DNA of 64,000 nucleotides from a virus: IMG/VR virus record IMGVR_UViG_3300028535_000001; one strand, 5' to 3'. Shown piece by piece: positions 50,322 to 59,605 of this stretch (position 1 is its first letter; each line of letters starts with the position of its first letter). The notes under the pieces were generated by a model. It saw only the letters and a program-made list of their open reading frames with translations, ran no database searches and was not told where the DNA came from. The position numbers and the translations under genes were made by a program.

Positions 50322-51413
50322 TTAACATCCATTGGAAACCGTAGCCGTAACATCAGCTGATTGTGTGTTTCTATTAAATGAATAGGTACAAGAATCTGAA
50401 CCGTTTTGTGCAAAGTTTAATGTGTAATCGTAAATTGAATCACCTGATATGGTAACTTGACCTGTGTTACCACCACCTGTTTGGTCAAAATTTATTACCG
50501 AACCATCTGTATAAAGATAAATCTTGGCAGTATTATTTCCACCTGCCATATGTAATCTTATTGTATTACTATCTCCAGATATGTATGTTCTTAAATAGTT
50601 ACCGTCACCTAATATCAACATTGTATCTCCATATGGATCAGTATCGGCACTAGTATAACTAGAGTGAATATCTAAAATATTTGAACTACCTATAATATCG
50701 TGGAGTTGATAGTTACCTGTACCGTATGATGAAGTATGTAATCTATTGGAATTCCCAATAATATAAATGTCTGCTGTAGCGCCTTCACTACCTGAACTAT
50801 CTGCAAATTGTCCATGTGATGTTGTTTGTGGACCAATAGCCTTGTTAGAGTTTGTATTAAATCCTACTGAATCAGTTGTACCATAAAATTGTACATCATT
50901 TGAATCACCTGACATAAGAACATATAAGAAGTGATTATCACCTTTATTTCTTACCCAAAAAGTATTTGAGTCACCTGTAATATCTAAATCAACATTGAAA
51001 TTTGCTGTATCATTTGCCCAAGTATCATAATCTACTACGTTTAAGTTACCTGTAATATCGTGGTCTAAATAATGTCCAGTAGCATCCGTATCATCACTAT
51101 CTATTCTTAATTTATTACCATCACCAGTTGCTGTATAATCTAAAGTCATATTCTCACCTTTAAAACTCACGTGATTTGAATAATCTGTTACGTTATTATT
51201 ACCTATTTGTTTAATAATGATTGTGATGTTCTCTCCATCTACTTTAAATGGATAAGATGTAGAATACCCTACTGTATTACCAGTACCATCTTGTTTGATA
51301 AAAATTGATCCGTCGCTATCTTGGTTGTCTTGTTGAATCCAAACGGAATTGCCTGCGAAACTGTTAGTTAGTGTCGCTAGAAGAATCACTATTGACATCA
51401 TTATTTTTCTCAT
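50322..51413 (-). CDS. Curlin-like (CsgA/CsgB-type) beta-repeat secreted protein
   Basis: Signal peptide; repeated I.Q.G..N / I.G.SN units about every 20-25 aa; adjacent to csgG. Confidence 0.7.
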   Translation of the reverse strand: MRKIMMSIVILLATLTNSFAGNSVWIQQDNQDSDGSIFIKQDGTGNTVGYSTSYPFKVDGENITIIIKQIGNNNVTDYSNHVSFKGENMTLDYTATGDGNKLRIDSDDTDATGHYLDHDITGNLNVVDYDTWANDTANFNVDLDITGDSNTFWVRNKGDNHFLYVLMSGDSNDVQFYGTTDSVGFNTNSNKAIGPQTTSHGQFADSSGSEGATADIYIIGNSNRLHTSSYGTGNYQLHDIIGSSNILDIHSSYTSADTDPYGDTMLILGDGNYLRTYISGDSNTIRLHMAGGNNTAKIYLYTDGSVINFDQTGGGNTGQVTISGDSIYDYTLNFAQNGSDSCTYSFNRNTQSADVTATVSNGC

Positions 51414-52350
51414 CTGTATTCTCCTCTTGTTCTAATTTTTTTAATTCTTCTTTTTGTTTAAGATAATCTTCATAGGTTTTCTCTTTTTTCTTCTCACCTA
51501 TATCCACATGTACACCTATTTCAACATCATTTGTATGATCTATATAATCTTTAATCTCTGGTATTGTTACTTCTTCTATTTTATATGCCCATAAATCTTT
51601 TATAATACCTTTGTGTATTAAATCTACTACACCTTTTTCAATTGCTTTTCTTATTGCAAAGGTCACTGGTTCGTTTCTAGCATAACCAGCTTCAATCTCT
51701 ACTAACATTGTATCTGTATCAAAATATTTAAATACATCTGATCCAAAAGCTGTAGAAACTATAGTCTTTTCAATAGTAGTTACTATAACTACCTCACCTG
51801 TTTGTACATTAACCAATCTTAATATAACTGTAACAATATCTTGTCTGTATTGTTTATTAGCTTGAATACCTAATACTCTTGCACCTAATCCACCAGATTT
51901 AATATCACTATCATAACCTACTATACCACCTGTGATATATGCACCTGCGAATAACAATGGTGGTAATGGTTCTGCACCTTCTCCATTAATTTGTTGTCTT
52001 GTAGACCTAATTAGTTTTCTTTCTTGTAATAGACTTGGTAAACTTGTTCTCTCTACAACTCTAAACCATTTGCCATCACCTGCGTCTTGTAAAGCTTTAA
52101 TTAATAACTGATATGATCCTTGAGTAACCGCTGTACTCATTGAGGCAAAGTTACCACCTGGTTTCTTTTGACCAGTCATATCAACAAAGTCATAGACAGC
52201 AATTATAATAGGGTCACCACTAGGTGCCTTAATTTCTGTTAAATCTTTATAAGCAACCTTTTGTGTTCTTATATCAAAATTTACTTTGTTTGAACCAGCA
52301 CAACCAACTAACAAAAATGTTAGTAATATTACTGATAATATTCTTATCAT
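51364..52350 (-). CDS. csgG: Curli secretion channel CsgG
   Basis: Lipobox LVGC; AVYDF.D.TGQ.KP, STAVTQG, WFRVVER, LLQERKLIR, GGIVGYD, YR.D.VT..LR.V.V.TGE, NEP. Confidence 0.93.
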   Translation of the reverse strand: MIRILSVILLTFLLVGCAGSNKVNFDIRTQKVAYKDLTEIKAPSGDPIIIAVYDFVDMTGQKKPGGNFASMSTAVTQGSYQLLIKALQDAGDGKWFRVVERTSLPSLLQERKLIRSTRQQINGEGAEPLPPLLFAGAYITGGIVGYDSDIKSGGLGARVLGIQANKQYRQDIVTVILRLVNVQTGEVVIVTTIEKTIVSTAFGSDVFKYFDTDTMLVEIEAGYARNEPVTFAIRKAIEKGVVDLIHKGIIKDLWAYKIEEVTIPEIKDYIDHTNDVEIGVHVDIGEKKKEKTYEDYLKQKEELKKLEQEENTDEKNNDVNSDSSSDTN

Positions 52351-52814
52351 TACGAATTGTCTTCCTTCGGCATAGTAAATGTTGTTACAGTGCCATCTGA
52401 TTCAGTTACAGTTACGCTTACAGTATCATTTGTTCCTGTAGTTGTTGTTGCCCAAGTTACCACTTCACCACCAACTGGTGATGTAAATGTACCAGAGTCT
52501 TGTTGTAGACCATCTGTACCAAAAACGTTATCTGTAAGTTGTTTTGCTAATGCTGTATAAAATCTTGCTTCAACATTTGCTTTGAATTTTGCAACAGCAG
52601 TTGCCTTTGCGTCAGCTATTAGTTTATCAGCTGCCGCTTTGTTAGCTGCTTTGATTGCGTCTTTTCTAGTCTTCTCTATGTTCTCTATCGTTAGATAGTG
52701 TGATGATTTTCCCACTCCACTAAATGATGGACTGTGAAATTTAAAACCTAATTCACTTGCATAGGTACTAGAACAGAACAATAATGTTATTAAAATGATT
52801 GATAATTTTTTCAT
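52350..52814 (-). CDS. csgF: Curli assembly component CsgF
   Basis: Signal peptide then SEL.FKF.SPSFSG, F...VE.R....LA.QL. Confidence 0.85.
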   Translation of the reverse strand: MKKLSIILITLLFCSSTYASELGFKFHSPSFSGVGKSSHYLTIENIEKTRKDAIKAANKAAADKLIADAKATAVAKFKANVEARFYTALAKQLTDNVFGTDGLQQDSGTFTSPVGGEVVTWATTTTGTNDTVSVTVTESDGTVTTFTMPKEDNS

Positions 52815-52835
52815 ATTCCCTCTATTTTACACCAA

Positions 52836-52843
52836 TATTTATA
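52836..52843 (-). promoter_or_regulatory. T4-type late promoter TATAAATA for the csg operon
   Basis: Exact TATAAATA about 21 nt upstream of the csgF ATG. Confidence 0.75.
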
Positions 52844-52899
52844 ATAACAGTGTGTTAAATTATCAAATTTCTTTGTGGGAATCGTATAGGAAATGATGG

Positions 52900-53061
52900 T
52901 TATTTACTTGTCAACTTATTAATCAGTTCAAAGGCTACTTTTATCTTCTCTTCCAGTACCTTAATTCTATAATGTGCTTGTGCTAATGTAACTATTAAAA
53001 GTATAAACGCCAAGAATATTGGCCATAACTTTGTTAGCAATATTATTGCTTCTGAATCCAT
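52900..53061 (-). CDS. Small membrane/coiled-coil protein (not in ORF track)
   Basis: MDSEAIILLTKLWPIFLAFILLIVTLAQAHYRIKVLEEK..., 53 aa. Confidence 0.6.
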   Translation of the reverse strand: MDSEAIILLTKLWPIFLAFILLIVTLAQAHYRIKVLEEKIKVAFELINKLTSK

Positions 53062-53193
53062 AATTATTTAATTAACTTGGAGGTCCTCCCAAAAGGGCAA
53101 GTAGAATCATTAGAATAATTAATATTCCTGTAAAATAGTAATTCATCCTGGCGTTCTCCATAGTTTTTTATCCTCATATTATTATACATCTAT

Positions 53194-53481
53194 TTATATA
53201 TCTTCTCTGACAATATGCTTTCTTAATGCCCTTACTAGTTCTTCGGTCTTATCTACAACAGCATTTAAACCTTTATCTTGTATTCTCATTTTTATCATTG
53301 CTCTAACTAGTTCTTCAATTTTATCTATGATAGCAATTAAAGATTTGTCTGTGATATAATGGTTTTTTTCTCTTAACTTATCATATTCTTTTAATGGAAT
53401 TGTGACAGTTCTTTGAGAAGTTATCTCATCTTCAAAACTTGCGTCTAAACTTCTTTGTTGTTCGTCTGTTATATGTGCCAT
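53194..53481 (-). CDS. Hypothetical protein with internal duplication
   Basis: IIDKIEELVRAM / VVDKTEELVRAL. Confidence 0.6.
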   Translation of the reverse strand: MAHITDEQQRSLDASFEDEITSQRTVTIPLKEYDKLREKNHYITDKSLIAIIDKIEELVRAMIKMRIQDKGLNAVVDKTEELVRALRKHIVREDI

Positions 53482-53484
53482 AAT

Positions 53485-53907
53485 TTACCTCACTCTTTTT
53501 CTATTATTTATATGTGCCTTCTCAACTAATTTTTTATTTTGACCATAATATGTTACAGCATGTCCTACTTTACACATTAATTTATTAACAGATTTACCAT
53601 CAAGCCATACATCACCAAGTATTCTTCCAAACTTACCTGTTTCGGAATCTCTGTATGTTTTGATTGAAATCTTTGTTGCTTTTTTGATTTGTTCTTGTAA
53701 GAATTTTTTAGATTTTAGTCCGTATTTCTTCTCAACTAAATCTCTTGTTCTAGATTCTGGTGTATCTATACCAAACAATCTAACTCTTTGTGCAAATAGA
53801 ATATTAAAACCCATATCCAGTATTACATCTATTGTATCACCGTCTACGATTTTTGTTACTCTTTTAACTCTGTAATTGTAATCAGTTTTATCACCTAATT
53901 TAGCCAT
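53485..53907 (-). CDS. Thermonuclease (SNase-like)
   Basis: IVDGDTID, RVRLFGIDTPE, GKFGRILG. Confidence 0.9.
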   Translation of the reverse strand: MAKLGDKTDYNYRVKRVTKIVDGDTIDVILDMGFNILFAQRVRLFGIDTPESRTRDLVEKKYGLKSKKFLQEQIKKATKISIKTYRDSETGKFGRILGDVWLDGKSVNKLMCKVGHAVTYYGQNKKLVEKAHINNRKRVR

Positions 53908-54054
53908 AATATACCTTTCAATTTTATTTATGCCTTTGGTCCCAATTATAAGGGTTGACCTCATCAGCAAACTTATTAATTTTATAAATCAAATATATGA
54001 TAAAAATAATGTAACCTAAAATGTATAACATTATTCATATTTTCCTTTTATTTT

Positions 54055-54492
54055 TTATTCCTCTTTTTTATGTTTTCCTAATATCTCTACTATTTCCCAA
54101 GTACCATCATTATAATGATGTACTCTTGCGTCAACTAAATCACACATAAATGCTAATGATTCACCATCTATTTTATAAGTTATACCATTTATTTCTACAC
54201 TATCTGTTTCTTCTGATTTGTTTCTCCACTTTTTCTCTACTTCTCTTTTAGTCTTTAAGCAATCGGACATTGAGTTAGCACCTTTATGGTCTATCAATGA
54301 GCCATCTGCAAATACACAAACAGCAAATACTACTTCTGGTTTTTGTGCGTCTCCTTCTACTGGACAAACTTGGTGTCCATCATCTCCACAACCGGTACAA
54401 TCTGCTTTAGCAGTACTGAAACCAATTGATAATAAAAAAACAACTACTATTGCTGTTGCCCATTTCTCCCAAACGTTATGAAATAATTTCAT
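54055..54492 (-). CDS. Exported Cys-rich hypothetical protein
   Basis: Signal peptide; SMSDCLKTKR. Confidence 0.65.
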   Translation of the reverse strand: MKLFHNVWEKWATAIVVVFLLSIGFSTAKADCTGCGDDGHQVCPVEGDAQKPEVVFAVCVFADGSLIDHKGANSMSDCLKTKREVEKKWRNKSEETDSVEINGITYKIDGESLAFMCDLVDARVHHYNDGTWEIVEILGKHKKEE

Positions 54493-54502
54493 GTTTTTCT
54501 CC

Positions 54503-55546
54503 CTATCTTATTGGCGGTACATACATAACGCCACCGTTTTTCCAAAGATTATTTAATCCTCGTTCTAATTTAAGTGGTGTATTAGGTCCTACATTTCTAT
54601 CAAATGATTCTCCGTAATTACCAACTTGTTTTATAATATTATAACCAAATTTCATACCAAGTCCTAACATTGGACCGATATAACCTTCAACACCTAATAT
54701 TCTTTTAATTTCTTTTGACTTAGCAGTTAACATCATATCCACATTATACATTGTGATACCTGCTTCTTCAGCATTAACCATAATGAAGTGTGTCCATCTA
54801 ACTACATCTTCCCACTCTTGGTCACCTTGTCTTACAAGTGGACCTAATGGTTCTTTTGATATAATTTCAGGTAACACCATCCATTTACTAGGGTCGTCTG
54901 CACCTGCTCTAGCACTTGCTAAACCAGAGGCGTCTGTTGTGAATACATCACAATCACCACCAAATAATTTTGCTTTTGCGTCTTTGTTATTTTCAACATA
55001 TATTGGTTTATATGCCATATTATTTTCAGCAAAGTAATCATTTAAATTTAATTCACTTGTTGTTTCTGCTGTAATACATACAAACGCACCATCTAATTCT
55101 GTTGCACTCTTAATATCTAAATCAGTTGGTATTAAAAATCCTTGACCGTCATAATAATTAACACCTGCAAATTCAAACATCAAGTTAACATCACGACTAA
55201 TTGTCCAAGTGGTATTTCTTGCAAGTAAATCAATATTACCAGAAGCTAATGTTGGAAATCTTTGAGCTGCATTTAAACCTACAAATTCTACTTTACTTGC
55301 GTCACCAAATATACCAGCTGCAACTGCCTTACAGAAATCTACATCTAAACCACTCCAATTTCCTGCGTCATCTTGAGCAGAGAAACCAGGTAAGCCTGCA
55401 TTAACTCCACATATTAAATAACCTCTTGCTTGTACTTGTTTAAGTAAACCTGTTTCTGTTTCGTTCTTAAAATTCTTTGTTGTATTACAACCTACTAAAA
55501 ATAAAGTTGCAATTAATAATAATAATAATTTTTTCATATAATTCAT
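54503..55546 (-). CDS. aapJ: General L-amino acid ABC transporter substrate-binding protein
   Basis: RG.L.CGV..GLPGFS, G.DVD.C.A.AA, RNTTWT.SRD, YYDGQGF, ISKEPLGP.VR.GD, VGNYGE.F.RN.G, RGLN.LW..GG.MY.PP.R. Confidence 0.93.
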   Translation of the reverse strand: MNYMKKLLLLLIATLFLVGCNTTKNFKNETETGLLKQVQARGYLICGVNAGLPGFSAQDDAGNWSGLDVDFCKAVAAGIFGDASKVEFVGLNAAQRFPTLASGNIDLLARNTTWTISRDVNLMFEFAGVNYYDGQGFLIPTDLDIKSATELDGAFVCITAETTSELNLNDYFAENNMAYKPIYVENNKDAKAKLFGGDCDVFTTDASGLASARAGADDPSKWMVLPEIISKEPLGPLVRQGDQEWEDVVRWTHFIMVNAEEAGITMYNVDMMLTAKSKEIKRILGVEGYIGPMLGLGMKFGYNIIKQVGNYGESFDRNVGPNTPLKLERGLNNLWKNGGVMYVPPIR

Positions 55547-55547
55547 C

Positions 55548-55847
55548 CTATTGAGTTAATACTTCTGTCTTCTTTTTCTTTTTCTTTTCTGTTAATGACT
55601 TAGCAGTACCACCCAATTTCAAACTACCTGATTGGTCTGGCATTTTGTTTTTAATACTAACAATATTGCCATCTTTATCTATCTCTGCCATAGACGGACC
55701 ACAAATAACTCTACGACCATCTTTTATTTTTTCTATTTTTCTTTTGTCTTTCAAACAGTCCATTAATCCATCATACTTAACAAATTCGCTTGAAGTATTA
55801 GTCACAATAAACATTGTGATGATAGTTACTAAAGTTGTTGCGTCCAT
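55548..55847 (-). CDS. Hypothetical protein
   Basis: GLMDCLKDKR motif. Confidence 0.65.
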   Translation of the reverse strand: MDATTLVTIITMFIVTNTSSEFVKYDGLMDCLKDKRKIEKIKDGRRVICGPSMAEIDKDGNIVSIKNKMPDQSGSLKLGGTAKSLTEKKKKKKTEVLTQ

Positions 55848-55850
55848 ATC

Positions 55851-56306
55851 TTATTCTCCTGTGTTGTGTCCATTTTTGACACTTCTTATTTTGTCCTTTA
55901 ATTTCTCTACGTCTGCTAGAACCTTCTCCATATCCTTCTGCAACCTCTCAATGTTAACTGCATTGTTCATCATTTTTTGTAAATCTTTCTGTATAGACTC
56001 TACTTGTCCGCTCAAAAATTCAATCAACATAAATTGCTCGGAATCCGCCGGCGGAGAACCTAAATCTCCCCTTGGCCACTTGATCCTAAATTCGTTATTC
56101 TTTTCTATATCAGCACCTAAAGCTTCTTCTGATTGTGTTAAATCTTTTTCTAATAAAGTTGTATTGGTTTCCAATTTATTTAACCGCTCAACTACACCAA
56201 AATAGGACCACACTCCAACGGCCACGGCTCCGATTATGGCAATTAGATTTTTCATTGGCATGCTTACTGCCGATTCACTTGATACTCTTATCTCATCTTT
56301 TCTCAT
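55851..56306 (-). CDS. TM plus coiled-coil hypothetical protein
   Basis: SMPMKNLI, EFRIKWPRG.LG..PAD.EQFMLIE. Confidence 0.7.
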   Translation of the reverse strand: MRKDEIRVSSESAVSMPMKNLIAIIGAVAVGVWSYFGVVERLNKLETNTTLLEKDLTQSEEALGADIEKNNEFRIKWPRGDLGSPPADSEQFMLIEFLSGQVESIQKDLQKMMNNAVNIERLQKDMEKVLADVEKLKDKIRSVKNGHNTGE

Positions 56307-56316
56307 ATACTATCCT

Positions 56317-56550
56317 TTATTGTGCGTCATAATAAGTTTTAGAAAGTTCTCCACGCTCAACTATCGTTCCTTTTTTTCTAGTTCTAGCATAAACTTTTAC
56401 TGTACCACCACCTGGTTTAGTATAAGTTCTTATTCCACCAGAGAAAACAGAATTAGCTCCAGCACCTGAATCTGAATATGTATTAGCTGCCGTAGCAGTA
56501 TTCTCATATTGCCAAATACTATTTGAATTTGGTACATCTACCCATGCCAT
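56317..56550 (-). CDS. Hypothetical protein (possibly virion)
   Basis: Coupled to the o-spanin stop. Confidence 0.6.
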   Translation of the reverse strand: MAWVDVPNSNSIWQYENTATAANTYSDSGAGANSVFSGGIRTYTKPGGGTVKVYARTRKKGTIVERGELSKTYYDAQ

Positions 56551-56939
56551 TATTTTTTCTCCTCTTCCTTATCTGGATTACCTTCGTAATACTCTTTGTA
56601 TTTATCCAACAAATCATTTGTGATTTTTAGTTGGTTTCTTATCTGTGCGAAATTTTTTGCGATTAATTGGTAATCTTTATCATTAAGGCCAAAAAGTACT
56701 GGATCCAACCCTTGTTCTTCCATCTTTTTAAATACTTCCTCAGCATTTGAAGACGTGATTATGATCCAATGGATTTGTTCTAACTGTAGAGGTGTTGGTT
56801 TGGCTAGGTTTAATTCTTGTCTAGGTACTTCTTCCTTAAATATTTGTAACTTCTTTATAGAAGAACAATTAGTAAGGAATGTAATTAGGATTAGCGATAC
56901 TAGGACATTCAGAATTAATCTCTGACTTCTTTGTGGCAT
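56550..56939 (-). CDS. o-spanin (Rz1-like lipoprotein)
   Basis: Lipobox LTNC, Pro-rich segment, overlaps the 3' end of the i-spanin. Confidence 0.7.
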   Translation of the reverse strand: MPQRSQRLILNVLVSLILITFLTNCSSIKKLQIFKEEVPRQELNLAKPTPLQLEQIHWIIITSSNAEEVFKKMEEQGLDPVLFGLNDKDYQLIAKNFAQIRNQLKITNDLLDKYKEYYEGNPDKEEEKK

Positions 56940-57333
56940 TCTTTTCTTCCTCTGTTAGAGGTGACCCACTTGCGATCTCAATACATCGTGTAGCTTTGGC
57001 ACCTGCCTTGTTTATAATTCGTTCAATGACCTTCGTCTTATCAATGGCCAATTTACCTATGTCTCTATTCTTTTTGTTAAATCTTTTGTCTAACTCGTCT
57101 AGGTCTTTTTTTAAATTAGTAACCAACTCATTCATCTTTTGGTTGGCTTGTAATATTTCTTGAAAATCTTTCTTTTGATTCTCAATTAAACTTTGTTGGT
57201 CAGCAATTGCTGACTCTAATTTTACTGCGTTCTCTTTTAATATAACGTTGTCTTTTTGCAACTTCATTACGTAGGCACCAGCGCCCAAAAGGGCGCTTAG
57301 TATAATGCCTATAAAAAATAATCTAAAACCCAT
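56869..57333 (-). CDS. i-spanin (Rz-like)
   Basis: N-terminal TM, long coiled coil, C-terminal Cys. Confidence 0.7.
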   Translation of the reverse strand: MGFRLFFIGIILSALLGAGAYVMKLQKDNVILKENAVKLESAIADQQSLIENQKKDFQEILQANQKMNELVTNLKKDLDELDKRFNKKNRDIGKLAIDKTKVIERIINKAGAKATRCIEIASGSPLTEEEKNATKKSEINSECPSIANPNYIPY

Positions 57334-57339
57334 GATTTA

Positions 57340-57501
57340 TTAATCTTTCTTCAAAATCGCCCAAGCTCCATAAGCTATTGCTGCCCAAGCAGCTATCTTA
57401 GCAAGTGGACTAAAAAATAAAACCACAACACCTAAACCGATTAATACTCCACCGTGTAAAGATGTTAATTCTTTAACTCTTCCTGTGATAAAACTTAACA
57501 T
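57340..57501 (-). CDS. Small two-TM protein, holin candidate (not in ORF track)
   Basis: MLSFITGRVKELTSLHGGVLIGLGVVVLFFSPLAKIAAWAAIAYGAWAILKKD; AAGGAG RBS; just upstream of the spanins. Confidence 0.55.
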   Translation of the reverse strand: MLSFITGRVKELTSLHGGVLIGLGVVVLFFSPLAKIAAWAAIAYGAWAILKKD

Positions 57502-57536
57502 ATGTTTTCTCCTTTTTTTTATAGTATTAAATGAAA

Positions 57537-58136
57537 TTACAATGCTTTCATTTTAGCGTTCACCTTTCGGTGTTTTCTCCAAGCTAAAAAACCAAACGCC
57601 CTTAATGTCCAGTACGTTAAATAGTTTAATAGATGGAAACCATTAACCTCAATGTTTATGTCTCTGAAAATTCTGTCTGCCTCTGATTTGTCTAATAATA
57701 GTATTTCACCTTTTTTAGCACCAACTTTTCTTAAAGCTGAAAACTTATAAGCATAATCATGTACTAGACCACCAATAAGTAATACACCTACTGGAGATAA
57801 AAACGAAGCAAGAAATTTTGGTACACTTGCACCATCAAAAACAAAACCTTCTGGTATAATGTAATCTTGTCCGTCTAATTTGTATTTGAAATCTCGTGAT
57901 ACTTTCCATGTTCTTACTGTTAATATCCACAAAAGTACTGCACCAAAAAAACCTTTATCTTTAGTTGGTATTGTGATTGGTTGCATGTGTGGCATTTCTT
58001 CATAAGAAAATCTTCTATCTCTGCCTTTTAAATTAACTCTGTCTGATATGTTTATCAGAAATCCTACAAGTATTAATACTCCTAGTACTGTAAACTGCCA
58101 GAATTTTGTCGCTAGTTGAATAAATAACTCTAACAT
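57537..58136 (-). CDS. DUF1353-family protein
   Basis: IPEGF.FDGASVP, HDY.Y, EAD.IF, RAFG..AW. Confidence 0.85.
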   Translation of the reverse strand: MLELFIQLATKFWQFTVLGVLILVGFLINISDRVNLKGRDRRFSYEEMPHMQPITIPTKDKGFFGAVLLWILTVRTWKVSRDFKYKLDGQDYIIPEGFVFDGASVPKFLASFLSPVGVLLIGGLVHDYAYKFSALRKVGAKKGEILLLDKSEADRIFRDINIEVNGFHLLNYLTYWTLRAFGFLAWRKHRKVNAKMKAL

Positions 58137-58149
58137 TTATTTCTCCTTA

Positions 58150-58780
58150 TTATTTTTTAAGTACGCCTTTTGATACTAGGTACTTGTGTAGTGCTGTGCC
58201 TTCTTCTTTTTTCATACTGACCATTGGTTTAAAGTTTCCTAAACCTGGACCTCTTTGACCAGCTTGTGTAGCAGCAGCAAATTCTGTAACTATTTCCCCA
58301 CCATTTTTTTTACGATAAGATAAAACTTGATTATACTTACCTGTGAATACTACTTTACCAGCTTTATCTTTTACTTGGTAAGTTTTATTACTATCTTCTT
58401 TTATTCCATGAAATTCTTGATAACTTTTAAGCATTGTATTTGTCCCTAAATGTTTTATATTTTTTTGTTTGTTCTTTAATTTCTGTTTTAGGTATTGTTA
58501 ATTCATCTATCTTAACTTCTATACTATCAATTTTATCTAACACACCCTTTAACATCATACTATTATTGTCGGCACTCTCTTTAATTTTTTTCTTAAACGT
58601 TTCTGGTTTAGCTAACACCAAAGGGTCTCGTCTACCCATTTTTTCTAATTCTGATTTCTTTGTATGAACAGTATTGTCATCACCTGTTCCTGCAACAGCA
58701 GTGCCAGTAGCATTTGCTGGAGCGTCTTCGGCCATCTTATTGATGATTTCATCCATCATTTTTTTATAGTGTTTAGTCAT
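58150..58780 (-). other. Two probable head/internal proteins (58150-58434, 58427-58780)
   Basis: K/E-rich; EDAPANATG.AVAG motif. Confidence 0.55.
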
Positions 58781-59240
58781 AATCGTATTCCGATATTAAT
58801 TCTCCATTTCGTTCAAATACATCTACACCAAAACAATTAATAGCTGGTGTATCTTGTATGTTAGGTATATTTATGTTTTCCGAGAGCATAGAATCGTATT
58901 GATTTGTTTGTTTTAGGTATGTGATAACAGCGGATTCTATTACCAATTGATGTTTTAGATATTGTTTATTTTCTTTAAATAAAAGAGCGGCTGCCACTGC
59001 AAAAGAACCTAATGCTCCTCTAATTCCGACCTTTGCTAGTATTCTTTTTAGGTTGAATACAAATCTATGAAGTAGTGTATATGATCTCTTTTCTATTGGG
59101 CTGGCTATAGTTCTATATTTTCTTAATACTTTACCCTCGTCATCTATTATACCATTTTTAAAAGCGTCATGCTTTTTAAATGGTGTTACTAACATCTTGA
59201 CAATTCTATACGTTATTAATAAATCTACACCTCTATTCAT
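58773..59240 (-). CDS. Conserved T4-like hypothetical protein
   Basis: DL..TYR...L..PF....AF..GIID..G, YT..HR.VFNLKR. Confidence 0.75.
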   Translation of the reverse strand: MNRGVDLLITYRIVKMLVTPFKKHDAFKNGIIDDEGKVLRKYRTIASPIEKRSYTLLHRFVFNLKRILAKVGIRGALGSFAVAAALLFKENKQYLKHQLVIESAVITYLKQTNQYDSMLSENINIPNIQDTPAINCFGVDVFERNGELISEYDYD

Positions 59241-59602
59241 TATAGTTCCCTTAACAATTTTTCTATATTAGTATCTGTTTTAATTTCATTTAATTCATGT
59301 GGATATAAGTACTTCAGATATTCTAAAAATGTTTTTAATATACTCCAATATTTCTTATCTATTTTAAATAAGAGTAGTACACAAGCAGCTTCAACACCAA
59401 ATACATTTTGTAAAACTATTAAGTGGTTAACCACTAGTCTTACTTTTAGATTACCTGTTACACTAAACTTACGAAATAACCTTTTTAGATACCGTATTCT
59501 TTTAATATCTTCATAGAATTCCTTCTCGTCTTCTAGAGTAGGATTATCATAATTATGTTGTGCAAAAAGCAACCAGTTATCTTTGGTTATTTCTTTGAAC
59601 AT
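59240..59602 (-). CDS. Conserved T4-like hypothetical protein
   Basis: FA..NY.NP, EF.ED.KR..YLKRL, NH.I.L.NVFG. Confidence 0.8.
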   Translation of the reverse strand: MFKEITKDNWLLFAQHNYDNPTLEDEKEFYEDIKRIRYLKRLFRKFSVTGNLKVRLVVNHLIVLQNVFGVEAACVLLLFKIDKKYWSILKTFLEYLKYLYPHELNEIKTDTNIEKLLREL

Positions 59603-59605
59603 TAT

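Noticed and set aside
14451-55546. Bacterial chromosome or prophage junction suggested by host-like genes
   Set aside because: Host-like genes are interleaved with T4 core genes and phage promoters, with no integrase or host operons seen
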